A stretch of DNA of 64,000 nucleotides, from positions 256,001 through 320,000 of the forward strand of contig CAWCYD010000002.1 in NCBI GenBank assembly GCA_963799775.1. Direction: 5' to 3'. The position numbers and the translations under genes are program-made. Every line of letters starts with the position of its first letter. Position 1 is the stretch's first letter. Shown here in pieces: positions 1 to 9,116 of the stretch. The notes beneath the pieces were generated by a model that worked only from the letters and a program-made list of their open reading frames with translations, was not told where the DNA came from and did not search any database. This stretch comes from an uncultured archaeon (lineage in GTDB: Archaea > Thermoproteota > Nitrososphaeria > Nitrososphaerales > Gagatemarchaeaceae).

Positions 1-504
1 GTGACCCACACCGATCATCCTCTTGCTGCAGGGGCACGCTGTCATCCCCTTGGCGGTGAACTTGTAGTGGAGCGACCCTCGCTGGCTCGCCTTGATGGAG
101 ACCGGGATGAACTGGTCTGAATACGGGAGCTCGAAGCTGCATGTGACCGACGAGCCCGGCTGGCTTGAGTTCACCTGCTTGCATATCCTCCTCAGCCAGG
201 AGACGATGTCCGAGCTCCCGTGCGAAGAGGCTGCGTGAACGAGCCTGCTCATGTGGACGCCCCTGTGGAGGCCGGTGGACGTCTGGATGGCGAGCGTGAC
301 GGGGAGTGCGACCTTGCCGTCGTGATAGATGACCTTGAGCTCCGAGACGCCGGCGTCTACCGCGAGTCCCGCGGGCTCGTTCTGAGTGTCTGCCAGCGTG
401 TCGATGTCCGTTGCCCTCGGCAACAACGCCTCCTCGAGAGCCATATCAACCGAGGAGACCCTGTCGGAGGAGGGCTTCTGCCCTGAACCGCGCCCCGGGC
501 GCAT
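1..504 (-). CDS. folE2: GTP cyclohydrolase FolE2/MptA family (3' truncated by window edge)
   Basis: Not in ORF track. Manual translation from ATG at 504 gives ...LADTQNEP...HRGVHMSRLV...GMTACPCSKRMIGVGH, carrying the DxQ, RGxHMSR and TxCPCS motifs. TATA-like TTTAAA lies about 25 nt upstream. Confidence 0.85.
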   Translation of the reverse strand, partial: MRPGRGSGQKPSSDRVSSVDMALEEALLPRATDIDTLADTQNEPAGLAVDAGVSELKVIYHDGKVALPVTLAIQTSTGLHRGVHMSRLVHAASSHGSSDIVSWLRRICKQVNSSQPGSSVTCSFELPYSDQFIPVSIKASQRGSLHYKFTAKGMTACPCSKRMIGVGH

Positions 505-704
505 GAAAATCTCGCCTATGGGTTGGACTTTAAACCTTTTTCGCGATGTTGAATGTTCTGGGTTGACCATGAGCGGATGAAGGGAGAAGAACGGCAGGAT
601 GGCCGGTCAGGCGTCGCCGCGCCGACCGCAGAAGCCGGGGGCAGGTACCTCACTCCGTGGGAGCTGAAGACGCAGGCCAAGGCATTCCAGCGCTAGACCT
701 CCCA

Positions 705-1661
705 CTAATACCCGCCGCAGCCATTGGTGCAGACGTACCAGGCATCTACGCTGGTGCCGTTGGCGACTACAGCCAACGGTCGCGTGCTGCCACCAGTGCC
801 CCAGTGGTCGAAGAGGACATCGTGGGTCGACCCATGGCACAGATCGCAATCACTTGGATAGATATAGTACGTGGCACCCGCAGTCAGACCGGTGAACGTA
901 TACCCGTTCTCGTCCGCGAATCCTGAAGCGATCGCGGTTCCAGCCGAATCATACAGCGTGACATACATCGACGCCCCGGGGCCGGTGCAGCTCGAGGTGC
1001 ACCACGCGGTAGGGTTGGCGCAGGCCGTCGCGAAGCACGGCGCCCAGTAAGTAGCGTAGACCCTGTGGTCATAGATCGTTATCGTTCCCGAGCCGCCAGG
1101 GGGCTGCGTGGTCGTGGATGTGGATGTCGTGCTGGTCGTGGACGTTGTCGTGGTGCTGGATGTCGTGGAGTTCGTGCTGGTGGTCGTGGGCGATGACGTT
1201 GTCGTGGTCGTGGTGGTCGTGGAAATCGTGGACGTCGTGCTGGTCGGGGATGTCGTAGTTGTCGTGGTTGTCGTCGTAGTCGTGGACGTGGTCGAGTTGG
1301 TGCTTACCGCAGTCGTAGTCGTGGTCGTGGTAACGCTAGTGGATGGCGCCGACGTTGTCGAATTCGTCATGCTGGGTTCAATTGTGGTCGACGAGGTGGT
1401 GGTCGTCGTAGGAGCCGCCGTGCTGGAAGTGCTGTTTGTGGTCGCTGTAGATGTAGTCGTAGTAGGTGCAGCCGTCGTTGATGTCGCGAACTGGGACGTC
1501 GTCAAAGGCGGCATCGTCGAGGACGAACTGGTCGCAGCCGTGAACGTCACCGAACTTGACGTCGAAGCCTTCGGCTGACCGTGGAATTCAGCCGCGGAAA
1601 AGGTAGCGACACCCAGGATGACCAAAAGCACTATGGCGGCGCCTAACGTCGTGTTGTTCAT
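705..1661 (-). CDS. Secreted or membrane-anchored Thr/Ser-rich protein with Cys-rich C-terminal domain
   Basis: N-terminal hydrophobic helix, long Thr/Ser stalk, C-terminal domain with many Cys (APCFATAC, WCTSSC, DCDLCH, VCTNGC). Confidence 0.75.
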   Translation of the reverse strand: MNNTTLGAAIVLLVILGVATFSAAEFHGQPKASTSSSVTFTAATSSSSTMPPLTTSQFATSTTAAPTTTTSTATTNSTSSTAAPTTTTTSSTTIEPSMTNSTTSAPSTSVTTTTTTTAVSTNSTTSTTTTTTTTTTTSPTSTTSTISTTTTTTTTSSPTTTSTNSTTSSTTTTSTTSTTSTSTTTQPPGGSGTITIYDHRVYATYWAPCFATACANPTAWCTSSCTGPGASMYVTLYDSAGTAIASGFADENGYTFTGLTAGATYYIYPSDCDLCHGSTHDVLFDHWGTGGSTRPLAVVANGTSVDAWYVCTNGCGGY

Positions 1662-1911
1662 GAGCTAATGGCTTCATAGGTCGGTGCTCCAATACGCTAT
1701 CCCATATCCGAGTCAGAACTATCTTGAAGGCCGCTGCACTGGTATGATCTTACGTAAGGAGGGCCTCAGGTAGAACGACCTGCCAGCGTGCTGTGCGATA
1801 GCATCGCCTTCCGGTTCGTGTTTTTTCGCAGCGTCCAGCATTGGAAAACTAGGGTTCCAGGGTTGACTGGCCAACCCTAGAATCCCTCTCTAGACTCCGC
1901 TGCATTCGTTC

Positions 1912-2100
1912 TTGACCCTGTATCGTGCGAACCCAAAGTATCCCTCGGGGAACTTCATGGACGCCATCAACCGCCTTGTTTCTGAGGGCTATCTGGAAGG
2001 CAAGGGAGATGGCTCCGTCGTGCATTACTCTCTTACAGGCAAGGGGCGAAACACGGTCCTCACGAACAACGGTGGAAGAGCGGCCGCTGGCGCTCCTTGA
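1912..2100 (+). CDS. Small winged-helix protein (5' end uncertain)
   Basis: AINRLVSEGYL...YSLTGKG is a typical wHTH recognition helix plus wing. Confidence 0.45.
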   Translation: MTLYRANPKYPSGNFMDAINRLVSEGYLEGKGDGSVVHYSLTGKGRNTVLTNNGGRAAAGAP

Positions 2101-2140
2101 GGCGAACCACGTTTCAACCTGGAGGCAGTCCGAAGAATAG

Positions 2141-2787
2141 TCAAGAAACCTTTTTCGAACGCAGAGGGTCGCCAAGGCCCGCAGCGGCAAAAGCCTCTGA
2201 CCTCGCCTTGCATCCATGGCACCTCCAGCAGTGTCGGGGGCCTGAGCGGTGACAGCTCCACGTAAGCTCGAGAGGGACGCCGAGCTTTGCGGCCAAGGAA
2301 ACGACTTCGGCCTTTGATTTCTTCTTCAGCGGTCTGAGTATCTGCAGACCCGACCGCCGGAGTCTCGGGGAGCCCTTGCAGGAAGGCATCTCGCAAGTCC
2401 TTGAAGAAGGCCTCGCTTGTGTCGGCGAAGGTCCGGGTGTCGTCCGCGTTGTGACCTCCGATGATGGCGCTGACTCCCTTCTCCTCCGCGTACGCGGCCG
2501 CGAGGGAGTAGTAGATCGCGTTCTTCATGGGGATGTAGGTGGGGGGGACATTCGAAAAGGGCCTCGAGCCAACGATGTCCCCGGCCTCCCTGAGTTCCGG
2601 GACGCTGACGAACCTGTGCTCTCGCACACCAACGCTGTCGCCCAGCTTCCGAGCGGCGTCCAGCTCCGGCCGGGCGGTCTCATGGATCCTTATCGTCAGG
2701 GCCCTCAGCGAGTGGCCATCTCTCTTTGCCAGATACAGGCATGTCCCCGAATCTATCCCGCCAGATAGGAGGACTATCGCTTCCGTC
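2141..2787 (-). CDS. queC: 7-cyano-7-deazaguanine synthase QueC (frameshifted; no canonical start codon)
   Basis: AIVLLSGGIDS at the N-terminus, TYIPMKNAIY, and C-terminal TWSCH...HCWRCHGC Zn motif across two frames. Confidence 0.85.
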
Positions 2788-3534
2788 TAGTCTCTGCTCC
2801 CCTTGCGTGTATCCGAGCCAGCAGGTGGGCCCCTTGTTCAGGCCTTCGTAGACGTAGATACCCACGGCCTCGACGTTCTCTGGCATCTTGGGAGCGATCC
2901 TCGTCAGGAGTTCTCGCGCGAGGTTCTCCACCGTAGCCTCGCCGTCCAAGAGGACCGTGGTCTCGACGGGGACGTGTAGGCTGAAATCGCCGTGGACGGT
3001 CATGAACGCGAGGTCCACGTGGCTCGAGCTCCTCCCGGTGACATACTTTTCGTTGATGAACAGCTTGTGGTCGAGGTCAGAGATCGCCTTCTTGATGATG
3101 GGTTTCGCGTCGTTGAAATCGACGACCATGCCGTCGACGGGTCGACCCATTATCTCCACGAGCGCCGAGGAGGTGTGGCCGTGCATCACCGAGCACTTCT
3201 CAGTCTTCGGAAGAATGTGCGCGTAGTCGAAGTTGAAAGAAGGGTCGTCGAGGAAGATCGTTTGGAGCCTTTCGTCCTCGAGGTCGCTGGGGAGGACCGG
3301 TTCGTGCTTCTTCCTCCCGGTTCTGGAGGACCTCGCGTACCCTCCCTTGTCGAGTGACTCGAGCTGCTTCAATATCTGGGGGCTCGTGAGAAGCTCCTTC
3401 CCTCTCAGATTCGGCACGGTCTGCCGCGGTGCGCGGTTCGACTTATACGGGTTTTCTTGGGATCCGCGACCGTCGACCCGGAGCTTCCCTACGTAGTCGA
3501 GGACATGTACCTTCTCTACGTCGGAGGCGTTCAT
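2775..3534 (-). CDS. queD: 6-carboxytetrahydropterin synthase QueD (PTPS family) with N-terminal extension; 3' end uncertain
   Basis: FDYAH...CSVMHGH, GMVVDF, LDHK, EATVENLA and VYEG motifs; adjacent to queC. Confidence 0.85.
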
Positions 3535-3557
3535 ATCTCTTATAACGAAAAAATCTA

Positions 3558-4409
3558 GTGTACAATCTCATGAAGAGAGGAGTGGCGGTCGCGTTCCTTT
3601 TCATCCTCTCCTTCGCCATGCTCCATCTTCCCGCCTACGCGAGCGCATCGCCCGCGAAGTCTCCCACGAGCCTGCTTGTTCCGCTCTACAGCGCTCCTGG
3701 CAGCGAGTGGACCGCCTTGATCCAAGAGAGACAGGTCGACCCCGGCGTGCCCATGGTCGCCATCGTGAACCCGTCGAACGGTCCAGGGGCGTCCCCCTCT
3801 CAGGAGTTCACCGACGGGATCCAGCGTCTGCAGGAGGCGGGGATCAGCGTGCTGGGATACGTCGATACGAGCTACGGCGACAGGAACATCACGGTCGTCA
3901 AGGCCGAGATCGGGGACTACATGAGGTGGTACGGGGTGAACGGCACCTTCCTTGACGAGATGGCGGACAGTCCAGGGCACGAGGCATACTACTCGGCCCT
4001 GACAACCTACTCGCACGAGATCGGAGCCTATCTGGTGATTGGAAACCCTGGTCACGACGTTCCTTCGAGCTACGTCGGGACGGTCGACACCCTCGTCATC
4101 GCAGAGAACGCGAGCTTCTCGACGACGTCCTTCCTCGGGGGATGGCATTCCGAGTATCCGAAGAGCGACTTCGCGGCGATTACCTACGGCGCGGCGCTTA
4201 ACCAATCCTACTTGGAGGCCGCTTCGAGATATATCGGTTATCTCTATGTCACGAACGGGGCTCTTCCCAATCCCTATCTTTCGCTCCCGAGCTACCTGGG
4301 TTCTCTCGTCACCCAGTTGGCGGGCCTCGAACCTATCAACAGCCCGCCGGTCAACTTCACCCCTGTAGCTGTCGAACCGGAGCACTCGGTCCTCTCGTCC
4401 CAGAACTAA
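3558..4409 (+). CDS. Spherulation-specific family 4 (GH135-like) secreted protein
   Basis: Signal peptide; LVPLY, IVNPSNGPG, LGYVDTSYG, GTFLDE, IGNPG and VIAEN motifs. Confidence 0.8.
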   Translation: MYNLMKRGVAVAFLFILSFAMLHLPAYASASPAKSPTSLLVPLYSAPGSEWTALIQERQVDPGVPMVAIVNPSNGPGASPSQEFTDGIQRLQEAGISVLGYVDTSYGDRNITVVKAEIGDYMRWYGVNGTFLDEMADSPGHEAYYSALTTYSHEIGAYLVIGNPGHDVPSSYVGTVDTLVIAENASFSTTSFLGGWHSEYPKSDFAAITYGAALNQSYLEAASRYIGYLYVTNGALPNPYLSLPSYLGSLVTQLAGLEPINSPPVNFTPVAVEPEHSVLSSQN

Positions 4410-4490
4410 TCTATTCGACGCCTTCCCAGAGGGACGACGCTTAGCGATGAGATCAGAACGGACACAAGGCTCGTCGGCCCGAGCTCCACT

Positions 4491-4895
4491 CTATGCTGAC
4501 TTCTGCATGTCAGAATCTACAAGCTCTTCCGCCAGGTTGGCGATTTCCCCCTTGATCTGGCGCAGCAGTCGGAGAGAGTTGTAACGGATGGCGACTACGC
4601 CGTAGGGCAGTGGCCTTTTCGAGAAACTGGGGGCCTTAACCACGGTTTTGATGAAGTTGGAGTCGTTCAGAGCGGTCACGGTCTTCCAATAGTCTTTGCA
4701 CCTCGGCTCATTGTCTTGAACATGAATGGTGAGCCTCGCCCTAATCCTTTCCTCGATTATGTCCTTACTTCGGAGATATTTCATGAAGACTGCAACCATC
4801 TTTGGATCGGAGTTGACAAACTCCACCCGTCTGTCTTCCTCGCGCTTGCTACCCTCACACCAATAGAGGATTAATCCCGCTGTAGCGATGTCCAC
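4491..4895 (-). CDS. LAGLIDADG-like small protein
   Basis: GLILYWCEGSK...FVNSDPKMVAVFMKYL...YW...PYGV pattern resembles degenerate LAGLIDADG-like proteins. Confidence 0.6.
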   Translation of the reverse strand: MDIATAGLILYWCEGSKREEDRRVEFVNSDPKMVAVFMKYLRSKDIIEERIRARLTIHVQDNEPRCKDYWKTVTALNDSNFIKTVVKAPSFSKRPLPYGVVAIRYNSLRLLRQIKGEIANLAEELVDSDMQKSA

Positions 4896-4994
4896 GTTGC
4901 TTTAGGGGAGTCTAATAATTAAGCTCCTTCACCCAGTCGAAGCGGTCGACGCAGTAACCTCATTTATACCGGCTTTGGGGTTCGCAAGGGCTGC

Positions 4995-5091
4995 GCGGCC
5001 GTGATCCAGTGGTTAGGATTTAGGCTTCCCATTCCTGAAGCCCGAAAGGAGGAGAGAGCCTGACGCCCGGGTTCGAATCCCGGCGGCCGCA
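4995..5091 (+). tRNA. tRNA-Gly(CCC) with 25-nt canonical 37/38 intron (5032-5056)
   Basis: Acceptor stem GCGGCCG/CGGCCGC, D-stem ATCC/GGAT, anticodon CCC at 5028-5030, T-loop GTTCGAATC. The intron forms a bulge-helix-bulge (TTCC/GGAG central helix, TCCT/AGGA outer helix). TTTATA upstream. Confidence 0.95.
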
Positions 5092-5219
5092 TCTTTCTCT
5101 CAAGATGGTGACCGGGCAAGCCAGGGCAAAAACGGACAAAATCAGGCTTTTTCACGCAGTTATATGTGCCAATAGTCAAACTCCACCTGGAGCGATGTGA
5201 ACGTAGAATCCGTGAGAGC

Positions 5220-6032
5220 ATGACAGTTGGCAAGAAGATAAACGTCGGCGAAGTTCTGTCAAAGTCCACCAATCTTCTCACCGCGAACCCGTCCATCATC
5301 CTCATCCAGCTGCTCCCTGCGGTGCCTTCGCTCATCAGCGACGTCTTCTCGGGCCCCGCGATATTCAGTCCGATTGTGATCATAGCCACGCTCCTCTCTG
5401 CCATCTTCAGCGTGATAGCCAGCGGGGCCTACGCCCCGGTCGTCCGGGAGGCGCTCCAGGGCCGGCGCCTGACAATAGGCGAAGCGTTCGGGCACGCGTA
5501 CCGCAGGTTTTGGAACCTCGTTCTAGCAGGAATCGTAGTCGGTGTCATAGTCATCCTCGGCTCCATCGCCCTGATAGTGCCCGGGATCATTTTTGCGACC
5601 TGGTATGCCTACACCACCCCCGCGATAATGCTGGAGGACAAGGGAGCGTTCGATGGGATGGCAGCGAGCAAGGCCTTCGGTCGCGACAAGAAGTCGAGCA
5701 CTTTCGCCCTCTTCCTGACCTTCCTGTTGGTCTACATCGTGGTGGCGATAATCGGCGCCGTGCTGTCCCTCGGCGGCGGCGGAAGGGTCATCCAGACGCT
5801 CTTGGACATCCCTCTGAGCGCTTGGACCTCCGTCGTGATAGCCTACACCTACATCACTTGCGGTCCTTCGGCAACAGCTCCGCAAGCCGCGCAGCCCGGC
5901 TGGCAACAGCCTCCATCCACGATGCCCGGTCCCACTCCCGTCCCCCAGAGCGCGTCGGCCTTCTGCGCGAACTGCGGCGCGCCTCTCCAGCCTGACGCGA
6001 AATTCTGCCGCAACTGTGGAAAGCCGGTCTAG
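5220..6032 (+). CDS. Multi-pass membrane protein with C-terminal zinc ribbon
   Basis: Several TM helices, LIVPGI motif, C-terminal CANCG...FCRNCG. ATG at 5220 is preferred to the upstream GTG. Confidence 0.8.
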   Translation: MTVGKKINVGEVLSKSTNLLTANPSIILIQLLPAVPSLISDVFSGPAIFSPIVIIATLLSAIFSVIASGAYAPVVREALQGRRLTIGEAFGHAYRRFWNLVLAGIVVGVIVILGSIALIVPGIIFATWYAYTTPAIMLEDKGAFDGMAASKAFGRDKKSSTFALFLTFLLVYIVVAIIGAVLSLGGGGRVIQTLLDIPLSAWTSVVIAYTYITCGPSATAPQAAQPGWQQPPSTMPGPTPVPQSASAFCANCGAPLQPDAKFCRNCGKPV

Positions 6033-6513
6033 GCGCCAGGACCTCCGGGGTCTCCTTCTTCGCGGTAATCACGCTCTTCAGCGCCTCCTCGGCATGACGG
6101 GTCGCCTGCAGCTGCGATGAGAAGACCGACCTCACGACACCCTCGCCATCGATGACGTACGTGACCCTGCCGGGGATGATGCCCATCGACGAAGGCACAC
6201 CGTACAGCTTCCTCACCGAGCCCCCGGAGTCGCTGAGGATCCTGAACGGCAGGTTGCAGTCGCTCGCAAAGCCCTTGTGGGAACCGACCGAGTCCGAGCT
6301 CACGCCTACGACCTCGGCGCCCAGCTCTCCGAACTGCGTGTACTTGTCTCGAAAGGCCCCCGCCTCCTTGGTGCAGCCAGGGGTGTTGTCCTTAGGATAG
6401 AAGTAGACGACGACGGGCCCTCGGCTCACTAGCTCGCTGAGCTTCACCATGTTGCCATCCTGAGAAGGCAGCTCGAACTCCGGGGCTCGGTCCCCGACCT
6501 TGACTTTCGGCAC
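6029..6513 (-). CDS. bcp: Peroxiredoxin, BCP/PrxQ type
   Basis: FYPKDNTPGCTKEA motif. The ORF track runs to 5854, but a stop near 6029 in another frame avoids a long overlap (probable indel). Confidence 0.9.
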
Positions 6514-6532
6514 TGAAACGCACCCTTGCCAG

Positions 6533-6868
6533 TTATACGCCGGTGGTGGGTCTCAGGCCTATCGTCCCGCCTTTGATCTCGAGCTCGTATACCTCGTTTA
6601 CATCGAGCCTCATCGCGAACATGTCGTACTCGCTCTCGGTGAGGACCATCGTGATCTTCGGGAACGCCAGCTCCCTTACCTGGGGCATCAGGCCCATCCC
6701 CTGGAGCTGTGAGACCATGTTCTGGACCATCCTGTTCTCCTCGCCCCCTATCCCATACACCTGACCTGATACGCGCTGCCTTACCTCCACGAGCTCGATC
6801 TGTTTGGACGGGACGCCCGTGTATGGGTCGGTGACGCTGCTGATGCGATGGACCTTGACTTGCACCAT
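6533..6868 (-). CDS. Arcadin-1-like protein
   Basis: VTDP.TG...QIELVE and PKITMVLTESEYD.....DV..VYELEI..GTI match, from memory, Pyrobaculum arcadin-1 (DPTG..KIDVVE; PRITLWLTEEE..DV.D.IEI.I..GAI). Confidence 0.7.
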   Translation of the reverse strand: MVQVKVHRISSVTDPYTGVPSKQIELVEVRQRVSGQVYGIGGEENRMVQNMVSQLQGMGLMPQVRELAFPKITMVLTESEYDMFAMRLDVNEVYELEIKGGTIGLRPTTGV

Positions 6869-6916
6869 GCCTGGCGCTATTTTTCGCGGCGAGTTATATT
6901 GGTATCTAGTCCGGAA

Positions 6917-7519
6917 TTAGACCGTCTCTTCTCTTTGCTGTTCTTCTAGGTCTTCCTGCTCGTCCTCATCGGCGTCAGCCGCCTCAAAGTCATCCTCCTC
7001 CTCATCGGGAGGCATCGCAGGCTGGTCTCCGGCCGGCGCTGGTATCGGGGCTGGGGCTGGCGCTGACTCCTCCACGGAAGGAACAGAAGGCTCGGTCGGA
7101 GGCTGCTCTTGAGACTGCGAGGCCGGGTACATCTCACTCTCGCGCCTCGCCAGCTCCTCGACGTATTCCGGACTGATCACCCTCGCCATCGAGAGGTTCA
7201 CCAGGCTGTGGTTCGACGCGTCCCCGGTTACCCTTCCCATGGGTCCTCTGAGCTGTCTCCACTTTAGCTTGCTGTTGCCGCTCTTCGATGTGTAGATTAT
7301 CCCTAGCACCTCGTTGGCGTTGACGAACGAGATGTCGCGGATCCTCTTGAGCGTGACCTTGTCCGCCGCCTCGATGTAGATCGACCCCGGCTCGGACTCC
7401 TTCTCTGGGAAGACCTCCGGGTTCCTCAGGTAGGACTCGGGGATGAAACTCCGGCAGGTGCTGTTGACGAGGAACCTCCTGAACGCTTCGAGGTGGCAGT
7501 TGGCGTCGATCTCGACCAT
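6917..7519 (-). CDS. Hypothetical protein with Pro-rich and acidic C-terminal tail
   Basis: 200-aa ORF with host-like codon usage; globular N-terminal part and low-complexity acidic tail. Confidence 0.7.
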   Translation of the reverse strand: MVEIDANCHLEAFRRFLVNSTCRSFIPESYLRNPEVFPEKESEPGSIYIEAADKVTLKRIRDISFVNANEVLGIIYTSKSGNSKLKWRQLRGPMGRVTGDASNHSLVNLSMARVISPEYVEELARRESEMYPASQSQEQPPTEPSVPSVEESAPAPAPIPAPAGDQPAMPPDEEEDDFEAADADEDEQEDLEEQQREETV

Positions 7520-7800
7520 GATAACTCCCTACCGGGACTCTCGTGACTCCAAAGGGCTATTATTTGAAGATAGGGTGTTGTAGATTCGGACGCTGGCCAG
7601 TGCTTGGCTCGGTGACATGTCGGCTTGTCTGGGTCAGAATTCGCAAGACTCAAGAAACAGCTATCCCAAGAGTAGCAACGTGGGTAATGATCGCATTTAG
7701 CCTGTTGACCTCACATGAGAAAGATCTTGAGTCGAGAACCCACAAAGATTCGCCTTCCAACACGCTGCTAACGTTAATAAAATGTCATTGTACAGATTCA

Positions 7801-8093
7801 ATGGCTGAAGCGCTCTGGCAGACCCCTTAGAGCGGTTAGAGGAAAAGATTGAGAGAACGAACTCGCTTCTCATGGCGATTCTTCGGCTCACTCTTGACAA
7901 CCAGCCAAGTATAACTGTAATGCAGAAAATCGAAATTCTAAACAGCGTAGGATTGCGACCGAGCGAAATCGCTAGGATTCTAGGAATCGGTTCAAACCAG
8001 GTGTCGGTCACCCTTGTCAAGATAAGGAAACGAGGCGAACACTCTGCCACGCCGCACAAGTACAAGGAGAAATCAGCAGATTCTACCGGCTGA
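7801..8093 (+). CDS. Small helix+HTH protein 1 (long type); start either ATG 7801 with an indel or CTG 7815
   Basis: LERLEEKIERTNSLLMAILRL...KIEILNSVGLRPSEIARILGIGSNQVSVTL; TTAATAAA about 25 nt before 7801. Confidence 0.75.
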
Positions 8094-8598
8094 CACTCTC
8101 AGCTATCCTGTTTCTGTTTTCATCAGCTCGTCTCAAACAGAGTTCGAGACCATAAGGCAAGAAATCAAGAACGACCTAAAAGACCTGAGGATCGCGGAAC
8201 GACAGGTCTTTTCCCCAACCCTTGTTGAAATGGAACGAGGCGAACAAATCGAGCACGATATTGAAGACGCACTGAAAAAATGTGACATCTATGTTCTTCT
8301 CGTTGGAAACAAGTACTCTGAATGGACCGAAAAGGAGTTCAACATGGCGTGGACTTCTGGTATTCCCATCAAGGCCTATCTAATCAGAAGCAGACAAGTG
8401 CCGAGTAATCGGGAAGCCCAGAGGCAGAGACGGTTTCTCGAACTCGTTCATTCACGAGTGCGCCTCCAAGGGAAGGACAGGCCATATGGCAGGGGGAACC
8501 TCCTCCGCCTGTACAACGATATCGCGAATGACACGGCGGCAATTGTCTTGAAGAGCGTTCATGACCATGTTGCCATCCGACGTATTCTAAGACGCTGA
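8044..8598 (+). CDS. DUF4062 / TIR-like (flavodoxin-fold) domain protein; start uncertain
   Basis: The frame is open upstream of the annotated ATG 8230 and gives VFISSSQTEFETIRQEI...CDIYVLLVGNKYSEWTEKEFNMAWTSGIP, the DUF4062/TIR-like FISS and conserved-Glu pattern. Confidence 0.75.
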   Translation: MPRRTSTRRNQQILPADTLSYPVSVFISSSQTEFETIRQEIKNDLKDLRIAERQVFSPTLVEMERGEQIEHDIEDALKKCDIYVLLVGNKYSEWTEKEFNMAWTSGIPIKAYLIRSRQVPSNREAQRQRRFLELVHSRVRLQGKDRPYGRGNLLRLYNDIANDTAAIVLKSVHDHVAIRRILRR

Positions 8599-8659
8599 TT
8601 CGCGCATAAAACTGGCAAATTTTCTAGTACTTTCATTACCATATTCTCAACTTGCAGAA

Positions 8660-8691
8660 TAGCGTTCTAGAAAACGCTAAAATCCTTAAAT
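8660..8691 (+). promoter_or_regulatory. Inverted repeat TAGCGTT-n6-AACGCTA next to the TATA box of the HTH operon
   Basis: Perfect 7-bp arms at 8660-8679, followed by CTTAAAT about 25-30 nt upstream of ATG 8716. Confidence 0.55.
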
Positions 8692-8715
8692 CGTCTTGGG
8701 TGAGTTCAAAGACGC

Positions 8716-8871
8716 ATGGATGAGGAGAAATTCGAGACAATTCGAGACTTGCTCATTATTCTCCTCCTCAAATCGGGCGTGAAACACGAAGCCGTAGCGG
8801 AAGCCACTCATCTCGATCTCAAATATCTCAAGAACAAGTTTCCGCTGAGCAAGATTTCCAGAGAAGATTAG
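8716..8871 (+). CDS. Small helix+HTH protein 2 (short type, 51 aa; not in ORF track)
   Basis: MDEEKFETIRDLLIILLLKSGVKHEAVAEATHLDLKYLKNKFPLSKISRED*. Confidence 0.75.
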   Translation: MDEEKFETIRDLLIILLLKSGVKHEAVAEATHLDLKYLKNKFPLSKISRED

Positions 8872-8873
8872 TT

Positions 8874-9116
8874 ATGCCAAATGCCGAGCTCGATCCCGTT
8901 TCGAATCGTCTGGACGCCATCACTCGCTTATTAGTCGAGTTTCTCAAACAACAAGAGGAGATGAACGTCGGAGACATAGTGCTGTATTTGCAATCGGCTG
9001 GACTCAGAAGAGTTGAGATAGCGAAAATCCTCGGTGTCAAACATACCTCCATTCCTGGCATCGTCGCGCATGCTAAGAACAAGGAGCTGAAGCAAAAACT
9101 GGAGACCTCGAAATGA
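8874..9116 (+). CDS. Small helix+HTH protein 3 (long type)
   Basis: RLDAITRLLVEFL...IVLYLQSAGLRRVEIAKILGVKHTSI; paralog of the 7801-8093 protein. Confidence 0.8.
   Translation: MPNAELDPVSNRLDAITRLLVEFLKQQEEMNVGDIVLYLQSAGLRRVEIAKILGVKHTSIPGIVAHAKNKELKQKLETSK

Noticed and set aside
1108-1578. Val-rich ORF here, and similar ones at 15222, 32791, 42821, 44486 and 57475
   Set aside because: Antisense shadows of Thr/Ser-rich coding sequence.
1849-1880. Hairpin CTAGGGTT...AACCCTAG as an ncRNA or riboswitch near the que genes
   Set aside because: It lies downstream of queC, lacks preQ1 riboswitch features and may be within the 5' part of the small wHTH gene.
4410-4990. LAGLIDADG-like ORF as part of a large tRNA intron or split tRNA
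   Set aside because: No tRNA halves flank the ORF, and the adjacent tRNA-Gly is complete.
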